The notes under the pieces were generated by a model that was not told the origin of the DNA, did no database searches, and worked only from the letters and a program-made list of their open reading frames with translations. DNA of 64,000 nucleotides from an uncultured Gemmatimonadales bacterium (GTDB lineage: Bacteria; Gemmatimonadota; Gemmatimonadetes; Gemmatimonadales; GWC2-71-9): the NCBI GenBank assembly GCA_963739455.1, contig CAVUAK010000001.1:1600001-1664000 (forward strand), given 5' to 3'. Below are positions 36,419 through 47,023 of the stretch, one piece after another (the stretch's first letter is position 1; each line of letters opens with the position of its first letter). The translations under genes and the position numbers were made by a program.

Positions 36419-37372
36419 ATGAACAGCTATACTCAGCTGAGTTCTCTGCACGGCTTCTCCGCGCGGTACCGGGCCGTATGCCTGTTTTCCCTGGCAGCGG
36501 CAGGGTGCGGCACGGGGGCGAGCGTGGACGCCTTGGATCCGCCTGTCTCCGGTGCAAACCGGGTGCTGTCCGGGGAGTGCCAGCGGCCTGGATCCGGGTG
36601 GATCTGGTGTGACGACTTCGATGTCGATCGGCTCAGCTCCTACTTCGAGTTCGATGCGGCCGGCGGCAGGTTCTCGCGTGTTGCCGGCGTGGGGGCCGAG
36701 GGTTCGGCTGGCATGCGCGCTATCTACGCCACCATGCCCCAGACATCATCGGGATCCCTGAAGCTCGCCTTCGGGCGCACCCCTCAGCCGTACTTCCGGC
36801 CCGCCGACGCCGGCACAGCGACCTACCGCGAGCTCTACTGGCGCGTCTACCTCCGGTATCCCGCTGGGTGGCAGGGTGGCGGCGCAGACAAGCTTTCGCG
36901 CGCCACCAGCTTCGTTTCCGCTACCTCCTGGGCCCAGGCCATGATCGCCCACGTCTGGAGCGGCGGTAGCGCCGCCACCTGGGACTACCTCGTCATCGAC
37001 CCCGCGTCGGGCACCGACTCCATCGGCGCCATTCGCACCACCACCTACAACGACTTCCCCAACCTCCGCTGGCTGGGAGGCGTGCGCGGTACCACGCCTC
37101 TCTTCGCCTCCGCAGCGCGCGATCGCTGGCACTGCGTGGAAGCTCATGCACGCCTCAACGACGCCGGCGCGGCCAATGGGGTCTTCGAGTTGTGGGTGGA
37201 TGGACGGGTCGATGCGCGGCGGGAAGGGCTCAACTGGGTCGGCAACTACGCCGCCTACGGGCTCAATGCCGTCTTCATCGAGAATTTCTGGAATGCCGGC
37301 GCGCCCGTCGTCCAGGAGCGGTACCTCGACAATCTCGTCGTCAGCACGCAGCGGATCGGTTGCCCCTCGTAG
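36419..37372 (+). CDS. Putative lipoprotein with beta-sandwich (polysaccharide lyase/LamG-like) domain
   Basis: AAAGC lipobox-like; IWCDDFD, LYWRVYLRY..GADKL, WHCVEAH..NGVFELWVDG, YLDNLVVST. Confidence 0.55.
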   Translation: MNSYTQLSSLHGFSARYRAVCLFSLAAAGCGTGASVDALDPPVSGANRVLSGECQRPGSGWIWCDDFDVDRLSSYFEFDAAGGRFSRVAGVGAEGSAGMRAIYATMPQTSSGSLKLAFGRTPQPYFRPADAGTATYRELYWRVYLRYPAGWQGGGADKLSRATSFVSATSWAQAMIAHVWSGGSAATWDYLVIDPASGTDSIGAIRTTTYNDFPNLRWLGGVRGTTPLFASAARDRWHCVEAHARLNDAGAANGVFELWVDGRVDARREGLNWVGNYAAYGLNAVFIENFWNAGAPVVQERYLDNLVVSTQRIGCPS

Positions 37373-37428
37373 GGGGGCGACTGGTCAGCAACAATCACGG
37401 CGGGCCCACGTATTCAGGAGGAGGCAGG

Positions 37429-38334
37429 GTGAAGTATCTTTCGAAACTCTCTCGGCGAATGGCCTCGATGTTATGCATCCCGATGCTGTTGTCCTGGTCC
37501 CTCGCGGCGTGCAACCTCCCGGAGCCTCAGGCGCTCACTGACGGTCTCGAGCCCCCGCCACCCGTGGTGGATCTCCCGTCTGGGCCGCCGGTCGCTGCTA
37601 CGCGCACCTGCGACAACCAGCCGGCGGACTATGCCACCGTGCTCAATGTGCCGTGGAACGCACTGCCTCTGCAGAAGCCGGCGGTGTCGAGCGAGGGCTT
37701 CTGGTTCGCGCCGGGTCAGGCGAACACGCTGTCCCTGGTTGACGTCCCTGACGCGCCGCTCTCTCCCGGCAAGGCATTGCGCATCGGCTTTCCTCGTGGC
37801 ACTCCTGGTGGCGGCGCGCCCTCACGCTGGGGTTCATCACCGGAATTCCCCGCCAACGGGGGGAGTGTGTATGTGTGCGTGTGGGTGCGGATGAGCCAGG
37901 GCTACTCGAACAACGGCAACGTCGGGACAAAACTGTTCTTCATCCGTGACCCGTGGAACAATCATTTCGTTGGGTTCGACTCCCCTGATCGTGATCGCGA
38001 TGCCTACGTGATGACCGGGCTGCAGTTCCGCGACGCGTCCCTGAGCACCAACGTTGGTCAGGTCCACCCCGCAGGCAACAACATTGCCGGTGGCGCCTGG
38101 CACAAGGTCGAGGTCTTGTGGCAGGCCAACACGCCCGGCCTGAAGAACGGACGCTACCGCCACTGGGTCGATGGAGTGTTGATGGCGCAATCCAATACCG
38201 TAATGTGGTGGCTGGCAGGGCAGGTGCCCCGCTGGAACTCCATCTGGTTCGATCCAACCTTCGGTGGCGGGTTGAACCCCGTGCCGCATGATCAGTGGAT
38301 CGACCTTGACCACCTCGTCGTGGCGCTCAAGTAA
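37429..38334 (+). CDS. Putative lipoprotein with polysaccharide-lyase-like beta-sandwich domain
   Basis: AGGAGGAGG RBS; LAAC lipobox; GTKLFF, WHKVEV..NGRYRHWVDG, PTFGGG, IDLDHLVV. Confidence 0.55.
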   Translation: MKYLSKLSRRMASMLCIPMLLSWSLAACNLPEPQALTDGLEPPPPVVDLPSGPPVAATRTCDNQPADYATVLNVPWNALPLQKPAVSSEGFWFAPGQANTLSLVDVPDAPLSPGKALRIGFPRGTPGGGAPSRWGSSPEFPANGGSVYVCVWVRMSQGYSNNGNVGTKLFFIRDPWNNHFVGFDSPDRDRDAYVMTGLQFRDASLSTNVGQVHPAGNNIAGGAWHKVEVLWQANTPGLKNGRYRHWVDGVLMAQSNTVMWWLAGQVPRWNSIWFDPTFGGGLNPVPHDQWIDLDHLVVALK

Positions 38335-38337
38335 CCG

Positions 38338-39607
38338 GTGAGCGATTTGCGGCTGTCGGCGCGCCCCAGGCTGCTGTTCCTGTCACACCGCTTGCCTTTC
38401 CCGCCGCACAACGGCGCCTCCATCCGTACCTATCACACCCTGCGCCAATTGGCGCAGGAGTTCGATGTGGTCATGCTCTGCTTCGACCGGGTGGACCCCG
38501 CGCTCCGGAACACCTCGATCGACGATCGTATCGCTGGGCTCTCCCCCTGGGCCACCGTCAAGGTCTTCCCGATTCCTGAGGAACACTCGCGGGTGCGCTT
38601 CGCGTGGAACCATGCGCGAAGCCTCGCGACCCGGCTGCCCTACGTCCACTACGTGCACGAGAGTCACGACTTCGAGCAGGCCCTCCGTCGTGAACTGGAC
38701 ACCGGTGCGTTCGACCTCGTGCACATCGACAGCCTCGATCTTCAGCGCTTCCTCCCGCTGGTGCGCCACCTGCCGGTCGTCTGCACCCACCACAACGCCG
38801 AGTCGGTTCTCCTCGATCGCCGCGTGGCACGCGAGCTTGGGCCACGCGCCTGGTATCTTCGCCATCAGGCTGCATTGTTGGCCCGGAGCGAATCCGCCCT
38901 GCTGCCGCGCGTTGATCTGAACGTCACCGCCTCCGAGGTGGACGCGGCGCTGTTGCAGGAGCTGGCACCCTCGGCCCGCTTCGCCACCATTCCAAACGGC
39001 GTGGACACCGAGTTCTTCACTCCGTCTGGCAATGGCGCCGGCGCCGGCTGCGTCTTCGTGGGTGGCACCACCTGGTTCCCCAATCGCGACGGCCTCGACT
39101 GGTTCGCTGCCGACATCCTGCCGCGAGATGCGAAGTGCCGGAATCGCCGCTCCGGTCGAGTGGGTCGGGCGCGTCACCGAAGCCGAGCGCGCCCAGTTCG
39201 CGGCCCTCCCTGGCTTCAACTTCACCGGCTATGTCGATGACATCAGGCCGCACGTGCACGCGGCCGCGTGCTTCATCGCGCCACTTCGGGTTGGTGGTGG
39301 CACCCGCCTCAAGATTCTCGACGCGTGGGCCATGGGGATGCCGGTCGTCGCCACCAGCATTGCTTGTGAGGGACTCGACGCGGTGATCGGGGAGAACATC
39401 CTGGTGGCAGATGACGTCGCCGGCTTCGTGGGGGCGGTGTCCCGGGTGCTCGGCGATCCGGGCCTGGGCGCGCGGCTGGGCGCCGGTGGCCGCGCCACCG
39501 TCGAGCGCACCTACAGCTGGAATGTGCTCGGCACCAAGCTGCGCCGATTGTACCACGACGTCATTGCACGGCGCGCGCAGTATGGGGCGCCGACCCCGAC
39601 GCACTGA
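38338..39607 (+). CDS. GT4 glycosyltransferase (PEP-CTERM system sugar-transferase-like), one frameshift near 39125
   Basis: LSHRLPFPPHNG, IPNGVD, PNRDG, GGGTRLKILDAWAMG. Confidence 0.88.
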
Positions 39608-39609
39608 TC

Positions 39610-40574
39610 GCTAGCGGGCCAGCGTCGGCATCGGCGGGTCTCCGCTCCCTCGCCGGAGCCCGCTGGAATGCACCCAGCTCGTAGGCGCCTAGCAGCGCCG
39701 CGCCCAGCTTCCATCCCGACCGGCGCTCCGACATCGAGAAACGCGGCATTCCCCTCTCATCCCAGCGGCCCACATTGCGCGGGGCGATGCGCAGCACCGC
39801 CTCCATGCCGGCGCGCTTCGCCAGCGGTGCCGTGCGCTCGTCCCGCAGGCCGTACGGAATCGCCAGTACCGGCAGGACCTGCGGGGTCGCGCCACGCAGC
39901 CATTCGTGGCACCCTCTCACCTCGGACTCGATCTCGTCGTCACTGAGGAGCGGAAGTGCGCGATGCGTGACGGTGTGTACTCCGACCTCGAAGTGTGCAT
40001 CGGAGGCCAGCGTCGCAGAGTTCCGCCGTCGTCATGGCGCGATCGTATTGCCCCGCCGCCCCATGTCGCGTCTCGGCGGCTTGCAGGAGCTCGAGCGCCT
40101 TGGGCGGCAGGGCGCCACGGTGCCGGACGATGACGGTGTCGCGCGCCAGCCGGCCTGGATCATTCTCCGGCACCGTCAGCGGCGGAATGTCGAGCGAGAC
40201 GAACAGCGATTCCCACTCAGCTGGGGACAGGAGCGGTCGCCAGTTGGGAGAGCCGGTCCCACCAGAATGGCGTTCCCGACTCGCTCGCCTCGCGCACGCC
40301 GAAGACGGTGGCATGGGTGCCCGTCTCGCGGATGATCGGCGCCGCGACCCGAAGCACGGACAGGCAGGCGTCGTCGAATGTCAGCGCCACGAGCCCGGCG
40401 ACCTGTCTTGCCGGCACGGGACCGCGCGATGAGCTCGCGCAGCGGCACCACGGTGCCAAGTCGCTTCGCCAGCCCGATTGCCTGGCGCAGGTACGGTTCG
40501 CGGACATGAATGCCGCCCCCATCGGGCTGTTCTTGGCCCCGGATGCCGTGAAAGCAGAAAATCGTGGCGCCCAC
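39610..40574 (-). CDS. Polysaccharide deacetylase, several indels; 3' end approximate
   Basis: FCFHGI, ALTFDDA, ATVF, FWWD, GVHTVTH, AIPYG, MPRF across frames. Confidence 0.72.
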
Positions 40575-40575
40575 G

Positions 40576-41967
40576 TCAGAACTGGAAGTAGAGGAAGGGC
40601 GACGGGCGGTTGCCCACGATGAGCGCGAGCGCGGCGCCGAACGCCGAGGCCAGCGCCAGCCGACCCGGCCAGCGCCACTCGTGCTTCAGCTCGAACGCAT
40701 TCGGGCCGCGCATCGCCCACGAGGCCCGCCACCAGCAGCGCCACGAGCACCAGGGGCAACTGCTCCGGCACGAGGCCCTCGGCCGGTAGGAACATTCGGC
40801 GCAGCAGCCCGAGGGCCATCGCGAAGTCGGTGGCGCGGAAGAACACCCAGCCGATCACTGCCGCGAGGAACATCGCGCCCTGGCGGAACCAGCGTCGGCA
40901 GCACGTCCCACCGCTTCGCCTGCCACCGGTGCACCGCCAGCAGCACGCCGTGATAGCCGCCCCAGAACACGAACGTCCACGCCGCCCCGTGCCACAGGCC
41001 GCCGATGAGCATCGTCAGCATCAGGTTGCGGTACGTCTCCATCGTGCCGCCGCGATTGCCGCCGAACGGGATGTACAGGTAGTCGCGCATGCACGTGGAG
41101 AGCGAGATGTGCCACCGCCGCCAGAAGTCGGCGGGATCGAGCGCCTTGTACGGCGAGTTGAAGTTCTGCGGGATGCGCAGCCCGAACATGTAGCCCAGGC
41201 CCACCGCCATCGTGCTGTAGCCGGAGAAGTCGAAGTAGAGCTGGAAGGTGTAGCCCAGCATCGCGATCCAGGCGCCGGCCGTGGAAAGCGACGTGTACTG
41301 CGCCAGCGCCGGGTCGACGAATGCGGCGAGGCTGTCGGCCACCACCACCTTTTCCACCAGGCCCACCACGAAGAAGGAGATCCCCCGCGTCAGCCAGCGC
41401 GTGCGATCGGCCCGACCCAGGTTCTCCAGGTCCTGCTCGATCTGCCGGAACCGGACGATCGGGCCCGCGACCAGCTGCGAGAAGAGCGACACGTACGCCG
41501 CAAACTCGAAGAAATTCCGCGTCGGCTTGATCACTCCCCGGTAGCTGTCGACGATGTAGCTGATCGTGTGGAAGGTGTAGAACGAGATGCCGATCGGCAG
41601 GATGATGTCGAGATGCGGTACCTCAACCGGGTGCCCGAACCACCCGCGTCACCGTGCGTGTCGTGGCCAGGCCGAAATTGGCGTACTTGAAGAACCCCAG
41701 CAGCAGCAGGTCCGCAGTCACCGGGATGGCCACGCAGAGCTTGCGGCGGCGCTCGTCGGTCCAGTGCAGCAGGCCGAGTCCGGCGCCGAAGCTCACCACC
41801 GTCGAGAAGAGCATCAGCAGGGTGAACCAGGGGTTCCAGTAGCTGTAGAACACGTAGCCGGTCACCGCCAGCCATACGTACCGCGCCTTGGCACTGGGGA
41901 GCCCCCAGAACACCAGGTAGGTGATCGGCAGGAAGACGAAGAGGAATTCGACGCTGTTGAAGAGCAT
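40576..41967 (-). CDS. Second MBOAT O-acyltransferase (AlgI-like), frameshifted
   Basis: MLFNSVEF, PIGISFYTF, QLVAGPI, QLYFDFSGY, FWRRWHISLS, GLWHGA, PFLYFQF. Confidence 0.9.
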
Positions 41968-42121
41968 TCTTTGGTGTCCGAAGGGTAACAGGTGTAGCGT
42001 CGAAGCCACGCCGGCCAGCGGCAGTCGCCTGGCTCTTGGCTAAGTCGTTAATCTACATGGGTCTTTGGTCCCCCGGGCTGTCCCGGGTGTCCGGCGGGAT
42101 CCTTGCCCCGGAGGAAGTCAC

Positions 42122-43258
42122 GTGAATACCCCAGCCCCCCTACTTCGTCGGGCCATCTGGCTCGCTGCCGGGCTGGCGGCATTCGGATTCACTTTTGAGG
42201 CCACGGCCCGGCTCGAGGACCTGATCCGCTACGGCATGCCGGTGGCAGCGCCTTACGGCTCCGAGGCCGACCTGGTCATCCGCGATTCGCTGGGGGTCCA
42301 TGGACGCCCCGGGGCTCAGTATCTCAAGTGGACCCTTAACTCGCTGGGCACTCGGGGTCCCGAGGTCCCTCTCCTGCCGGGGCCGGGGGTGCTGCGTGTT
42401 GTAACCACCGGCGCCTCTGAGACCTTTGGCCAGTCCGAGGGCCCAGGCCAGGAGTATCCGAGGCAACTCGAGGATTCGCTGCGCACGCGACTCGCTCGCC
42501 TCGGGTCGCCGCCATATCAGGCGGCGGAAGTGCTCAACGCGGCTTTCTTTGGAATGTCGCTGCCCACGGCGACCCAGGACGTGAAGCTCCGGGTCGCCGG
42601 CTTCCGGCCGCGGGTGGTCGTGCTCTACCCGACGAGCGTGCAGTACCTCCACGAGGTGCTGCCAAAGGCCGTGCCGCCACTGGTGGGGCAGGCGGAAGTC
42701 CCGGGTGTCTGGGCCATCCTGCGGCCAAGGACTTTTACGCGGCTGAGGGAAGAGCTCAAGCGGCTTGCGCCGGTGGCATGGCGTGAGCGCCTGTGGCAGA
42801 ACGAGGTGCGGCGCCAGCTGGCTCAGCACGAGGCGGGCTGGCGCTACAGTTCTTTGCCCGCGGACCGGCTTGGGTTCTTCGATGCCGACCTCCGCGCGTT
42901 TGTCGGGGCGGTACGCGCCATCGGCGCGGAGCCGGTGCTGGCGACACACGCAAATCGGTTCGTTGATGCCAACGTGCAGGACTCGTCGCTACTCAGCGCC
43001 TGGGGGCGATTCTACCCGCGAGCGGAGGGAGCAATCATTCTGGCGTTCGACTCCGCGGGCGCGGACGTGACTCGTCGCGTTGCCGCCGACTCTGGCGTCG
43101 CCGTCGCTGATATCCGCTCGACGTTGAGCGGCTGCGGCAACTGCTTCGCCGACTATGCCCACTTCACTGACGTGGGCGCGGCACGCGCTGCAGGTACCCT
43201 CGCCTCCACGATCGCCGACTTGCTCGTTCGCCTCGACACCGTAGCGGTTCGGCCTTGA
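42122..43258 (+). CDS. SGNH/GDSL-like protein, probable partner of the divergent MBOAT
   Basis: TM anchor, NSLGTRG, GASETFG, EVLNAA, DYAHFT; GGAGG RBS. Confidence 0.78.
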   Translation: MNTPAPLLRRAIWLAAGLAAFGFTFEATARLEDLIRYGMPVAAPYGSEADLVIRDSLGVHGRPGAQYLKWTLNSLGTRGPEVPLLPGPGVLRVVTTGASETFGQSEGPGQEYPRQLEDSLRTRLARLGSPPYQAAEVLNAAFFGMSLPTATQDVKLRVAGFRPRVVVLYPTSVQYLHEVLPKAVPPLVGQAEVPGVWAILRPRTFTRLREELKRLAPVAWRERLWQNEVRRQLAQHEAGWRYSSLPADRLGFFDADLRAFVGAVRAIGAEPVLATHANRFVDANVQDSSLLSAWGRFYPRAEGAIILAFDSAGADVTRRVAADSGVAVADIRSTLSGCGNCFADYAHFTDVGAARAAGTLASTIADLLVRLDTVAVRP

Positions 43259-44742
43259 CGCTGGCGGCGCAGTCCCGTGCCCGCGCGGGCCACGCGCCAC
43301 GCGCCGACCGCCTGCGCGTGCGGCTGGACCCGCTGCGCCTCGTGGTCTGCCTCATCATTGTCCTGGTGGTGAGCCGGGTGCACCAGTACGTGCCGGCACT
43401 CGCCAAGGCGCGGCCGCTGCTCATCCTCATCGTCGTCGCCGCTGGCTACGCCTTTGCCAATCCCCGGCTGCTCATTCGCGAAAGCGTGTTCAGCACCTGG
43501 CCCGCCAAGGTGATTGCGGGCCTCGGGGTCGCGGCGGTACTCGCCGTTCCGTTCGGCATTTCCATGGGGAACTCGGGCAAGTTCGTCCTGGAGGTGTACT
43601 GGAAGAACCTGCTGCTCGCGTTCCTCATCATCGCCACGTGCCGGCGCGCGCGCGATCTCTACGCCTACGCCTGGTCCTACGTCCTCGGCGCGCTGATCCT
43701 CACCTACTTCGCCCTCTTCTTTTTCGACCTGCAGCGCTACGGCTCTGACTTCAGCTATGCCCGGCTCGCGGGCCTGGCCACCTGGGACGCCAACGACGTG
43801 GTGCTCGTGCTCATGCCGGCCCTGGCGTGTGCGCTCCTCCTGCTTCAGGTCAGCCGGGGTACCGGTAAGATCGTCGCCGTCATGGCCCTCATCGGCGTCG
43901 GCGCAACCGTTGCGAGGAGTGGCTCGCGCGGCGGCCTTATTGGGCTGGTGGCAGTCGGCGCAGCCCTCCTCTTCTTCGGCCGGGGCGTCTCATTCGGCAA
44001 GCGCCTCGTTACGGTGGTGGTCGTCGGCATTGCGCTCGGCGTGTGGGCCCCACAGGGGTACTGGCGCCAGATGCAGACCATCCTGAGCCCCACACAGGAC
44101 TACAACTACACGTCGAAGGATGGCCGGAAGCAGATCGCAAAGCGTGGCATCGGCTATATGATGAGCCATCCGATCTTCGGCCTCGGTATCGGCAATTTCG
44201 AGAAGGCCGAGTGCACCATCTCCGAGAAGGCGCGTGCGACGCCGGCCGGGTACGGCTTCCGGTGCACGCCCCCTCACAACTCGTTTGTCCAGGCGGGAGC
44301 CGAGCTCGGCGTCCCGGGCCTGATCCTCTGGTCGTCCATTCCGATCCTTGGCATCTTCGCACTGCTTCGCCTGGGCCGCCGGCTCCCCTACCGCTGGCGT
44401 CGCGGTACCCGTGAGCAGCGCTTCCTCAGGCTCGCCTGCCCCTACTTTGCCGTGGCGCTTGTCGGCTTCACTGCTACCTGCTTCTTCCTCAACTTCGCAT
44501 GGATGGAGCCGTACTACGTTCTCAGTGCCTTCGTGGCCGCACTCATGGGCGTCATCACCTCCCGGGTGGCCGAGGAAAAGGTGGAACTGCGGGCAGCCGC
44601 GCGTGCCGATCGCCATGCGCAGGTCGAGACGCCGTCGCTGGCGGAGCCGGTTCCGGTCCTCCCTGGACAGGCGCGCTATCCTCGACCTCTCGTCATGCTG
44701 CCGGCTGGTCGCCTCAAACCGGGTGACATGGGTTCGTGGTGA
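43255..44742 (+). CDS. O-antigen ligase/Wzy-like membrane protein
   Basis: DAND, SGSRGG, HPIFGLGIGNF, PHNSFVQAGAELGVPG. Confidence 0.88.
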   Translation: MTLAAQSRARAGHAPRADRLRVRLDPLRLVVCLIIVLVVSRVHQYVPALAKARPLLILIVVAAGYAFANPRLLIRESVFSTWPAKVIAGLGVAAVLAVPFGISMGNSGKFVLEVYWKNLLLAFLIIATCRRARDLYAYAWSYVLGALILTYFALFFFDLQRYGSDFSYARLAGLATWDANDVVLVLMPALACALLLLQVSRGTGKIVAVMALIGVGATVARSGSRGGLIGLVAVGAALLFFGRGVSFGKRLVTVVVVGIALGVWAPQGYWRQMQTILSPTQDYNYTSKDGRKQIAKRGIGYMMSHPIFGLGIGNFEKAECTISEKARATPAGYGFRCTPPHNSFVQAGAELGVPGLILWSSIPILGIFALLRLGRRLPYRWRRGTREQRFLRLACPYFAVALVGFTATCFFLNFAWMEPYYVLSAFVAALMGVITSRVAEEKVELRAAARADRHAQVETPSLAEPVPVLPGQARYPRPLVMLPAGRLKPGDMGSW

Positions 44743-45920
44743 CGGGCACCGTCCTGGTTACTGACGCAAATGAGCGCGCGGCGCTCGCTGTGGTGCGCTC
44801 CATCGGTCGGTCCGGAACCCGCGTCGTCACCTGCGCCTCCACCACTCCCTCACTCGCCGGGCGTTCGCGCTACGCTGCTCGCTCGGCGGTTGTCCCCGAT
44901 CCCCTTCGCCAGCCCCAGGCATTCGCCACTGCGGTCGGGAACCTTGGCCGTGAGGAAGGAGCCGGGGTCATTCTTCCCATCAGCGAGCCGGCCCTCCTGG
45001 CGCTGCTGGAACACCACGAACGGGTGGCGCCCGCCGTCATCCCCTGGCCGGGTCTCGAAACGGTCCGCACCATCCTCGACAAGCAGAGGGTACTCGAGGC
45101 CGCTCCGGCTTTCGGCATCAGGGTACCACGGCAGGCGGTCCTGTCGTCGAGCGCCGCGCGCCTGCCCGAGCTGGAATTCCCCGTCGTCATCAAGCCCGCT
45201 CGCTCCGTTGGCGAAGCGGGTGGGATACGACAGAAGCTCACGGTGCGGCACGCTGCCTCATTGGAGGAACTGCAGCAGGTGCTTGCGGGATACTCTGAGG
45301 CGGCATTTCCACTGCTGTTGCAGGAGCGAGTCACGGGGCCCGGCGTCGGTGTCTTCCTGCTGCTGTGGAACGGGGTGCTCCGCGCCACCTTTTGTCATCG
45401 GCGACTTCGGGAGAAGCCGCCTGCTGGTGGAGTCAGTGTCTACAGCGAGAGTGTCGCGGCCGATGAGGCGCTGGTGCAGCGCGCCTCCCGGCTCCTCCAG
45501 TCACTTGGTTGGCAGGGAATTGCCATGGTCGAGTTCAAGACCGACGATCGGAACGGTGAACCGGTGTTGATGGAGATCAACGGCCGGTTCTGGGGCTCGC
45601 TCCAGTTGGCCATCGATGCCGGAGTCGACTTCCCCCGGCTGCTCCTCGAGTGTGTCACCGGCCAGCCTGCCGCAGCACCACCGCCGTATCGCATCGGCGC
45701 TCGCCTTCGCTGGTGGTGGGGCGATGTGGACCAGCTGCTGCTGCGCCTGCGGAAGACCCCGAAGGAACTGCACTTGCCCGCTGACGCCGCGGTGGGCGGC
45801 GCAGCCCTTCGCGATTTCCTCCGGCTCCGAATGAGCGATCACGGCGAGACCCTCCGCTGGAGCGATCCGCGGCCCTTCCTGTTCGAGTCCCGGCAGTGGC
45901 TTGCGGAGGTGCTGTCATGA
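44736..45920 (+). CDS. ATP-grasp domain protein
   Basis: ALAVVRSIG, FPVVIKP, LLQERV, RRLREKPPAGGVS, MEINGRFWGS. Confidence 0.85.
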   Translation: MVTGTVLVTDANERAALAVVRSIGRSGTRVVTCASTTPSLAGRSRYAARSAVVPDPLRQPQAFATAVGNLGREEGAGVILPISEPALLALLEHHERVAPAVIPWPGLETVRTILDKQRVLEAAPAFGIRVPRQAVLSSSAARLPELEFPVVIKPARSVGEAGGIRQKLTVRHAASLEELQQVLAGYSEAAFPLLLQERVTGPGVGVFLLLWNGVLRATFCHRRLREKPPAGGVSVYSESVAADEALVQRASRLLQSLGWQGIAMVEFKTDDRNGEPVLMEINGRFWGSLQLAIDAGVDFPRLLLECVTGQPAAAPPPYRIGARLRWWWGDVDQLLLRLRKTPKELHLPADAAVGGAALRDFLRLRMSDHGETLRWSDPRPFLFESRQWLAEVLS

Positions 45921-47023
45921 AGCCGCTCACCATTTTGCAGATGCTCGAGTCCGACGGTCCCGGTGGGGCCGAGACCGTCATGCTCCAGCTGTCCGATGAA
46001 CTCCGCGACCGGGGTCACCACATCATTCCCGTGGGTCCGGTGAACCGCGTCGGCTGGCTCGGCCAGCGTTTTCGCGATGGTGGCTATCAGCCGGAGACCT
46101 TCACCCTTTCCGGCCCCATCGATCCCCAGTGCGTCCGCCGAATGGTGGCATTGATCCGAGCCAAGGGCGCCGACCTGGTACACAGCCACGAGTTCACCAT
46201 GGCGGTGTACGGCGCGGCGGCGGCCGCCATCGCCGGCGTCCCGCACGTCATGACGATGCACGGCAACCAGAAGATGACCGCTGTCTGGCGCCGTCGCGCT
46301 GCCCTGCGACTTGCGTTCAAGCACGGCGGCACCACTGCTGCCGTGTCCCGCGCCACCAAGCTGCAGCTCGACCATGACCTGGGCCTCGACTCCAGCATCA
46401 TCCGCGTGGCCCACAACGGCGTGCCCACCCGCCAGGGAGATCCCGAAGCAGTTCGCCGCGAGTTCAACCTGCGGCCTGACGAGTTGGTTCTGCTGGCGGT
46501 CGGTAATCTCGAGCCGCGGAAGGGACACGCGATCCTGCTGCGGGCACTGGCCCAGGTGGTGCGAGGCGGGCTCGAGCGCCCGTGGCGCCTGCTCATCGCC
46601 GGTGGACGCGGCGGTTCCGAGGCCGAGGGGCTTCAGGCCTTCATCCGCGAAAATGACCTGGGGTCACGCGTCCACGTGCTGACGCACCGCGCCGACGTCC
46701 CCGATCTGCAGGCCGCAGCTCACGTCTTCGTCATGCCGTCGCTCTGGGAGGGGCTGCCGCTCGCGATGCTCGAGGCCATGGTTGCCGGCCGTGCCCTTGT
46801 TGCCTCGGACACCTCCGGCATTCCCGAAGCCGTCACCACCGAGGTCGAGGGCCTTCTCGTTCCCCCCGGCAATGAGGAAGCACTGGCGCAGGCGCTTGCG
46901 CGCGTCCTCACCGACGACGCGCTCCGTTCCTCTCTTGGTCACGCCGCCGCCGAGCGCGGTCGGCGGGAGTTCAGTGTGGGGGCCATGGCTGACCGCTACG
47001 AGGCGCTCTATCGTGCGCCCTGA
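45917..47023 (+). CDS. GT4 glycosyltransferase
   Basis: GGAE, HNGV, RKGH, PSLWEGLPLAMLEAM. Confidence 0.92.
   Translation: MKPLTILQMLESDGPGGAETVMLQLSDELRDRGHHIIPVGPVNRVGWLGQRFRDGGYQPETFTLSGPIDPQCVRRMVALIRAKGADLVHSHEFTMAVYGAAAAAIAGVPHVMTMHGNQKMTAVWRRRAALRLAFKHGGTTAAVSRATKLQLDHDLGLDSSIIRVAHNGVPTRQGDPEAVRREFNLRPDELVLLAVGNLEPRKGHAILLRALAQVVRGGLERPWRLLIAGGRGGSEAEGLQAFIRENDLGSRVHVLTHRADVPDLQAAAHVFVMPSLWEGLPLAMLEAMVAGRALVASDTSGIPEAVTTEVEGLLVPPGNEEALAQALARVLTDDALRSSLGHAAAERGRREFSVGAMADRYEALYRAP

Noticed and set aside
42092..42106. Sigma-54-like CGGCGGG-ATCC-TTGC
   Set aside because: Spacing is right but the implied TSS falls downstream of the GGAGG RBS; not listed as a feature
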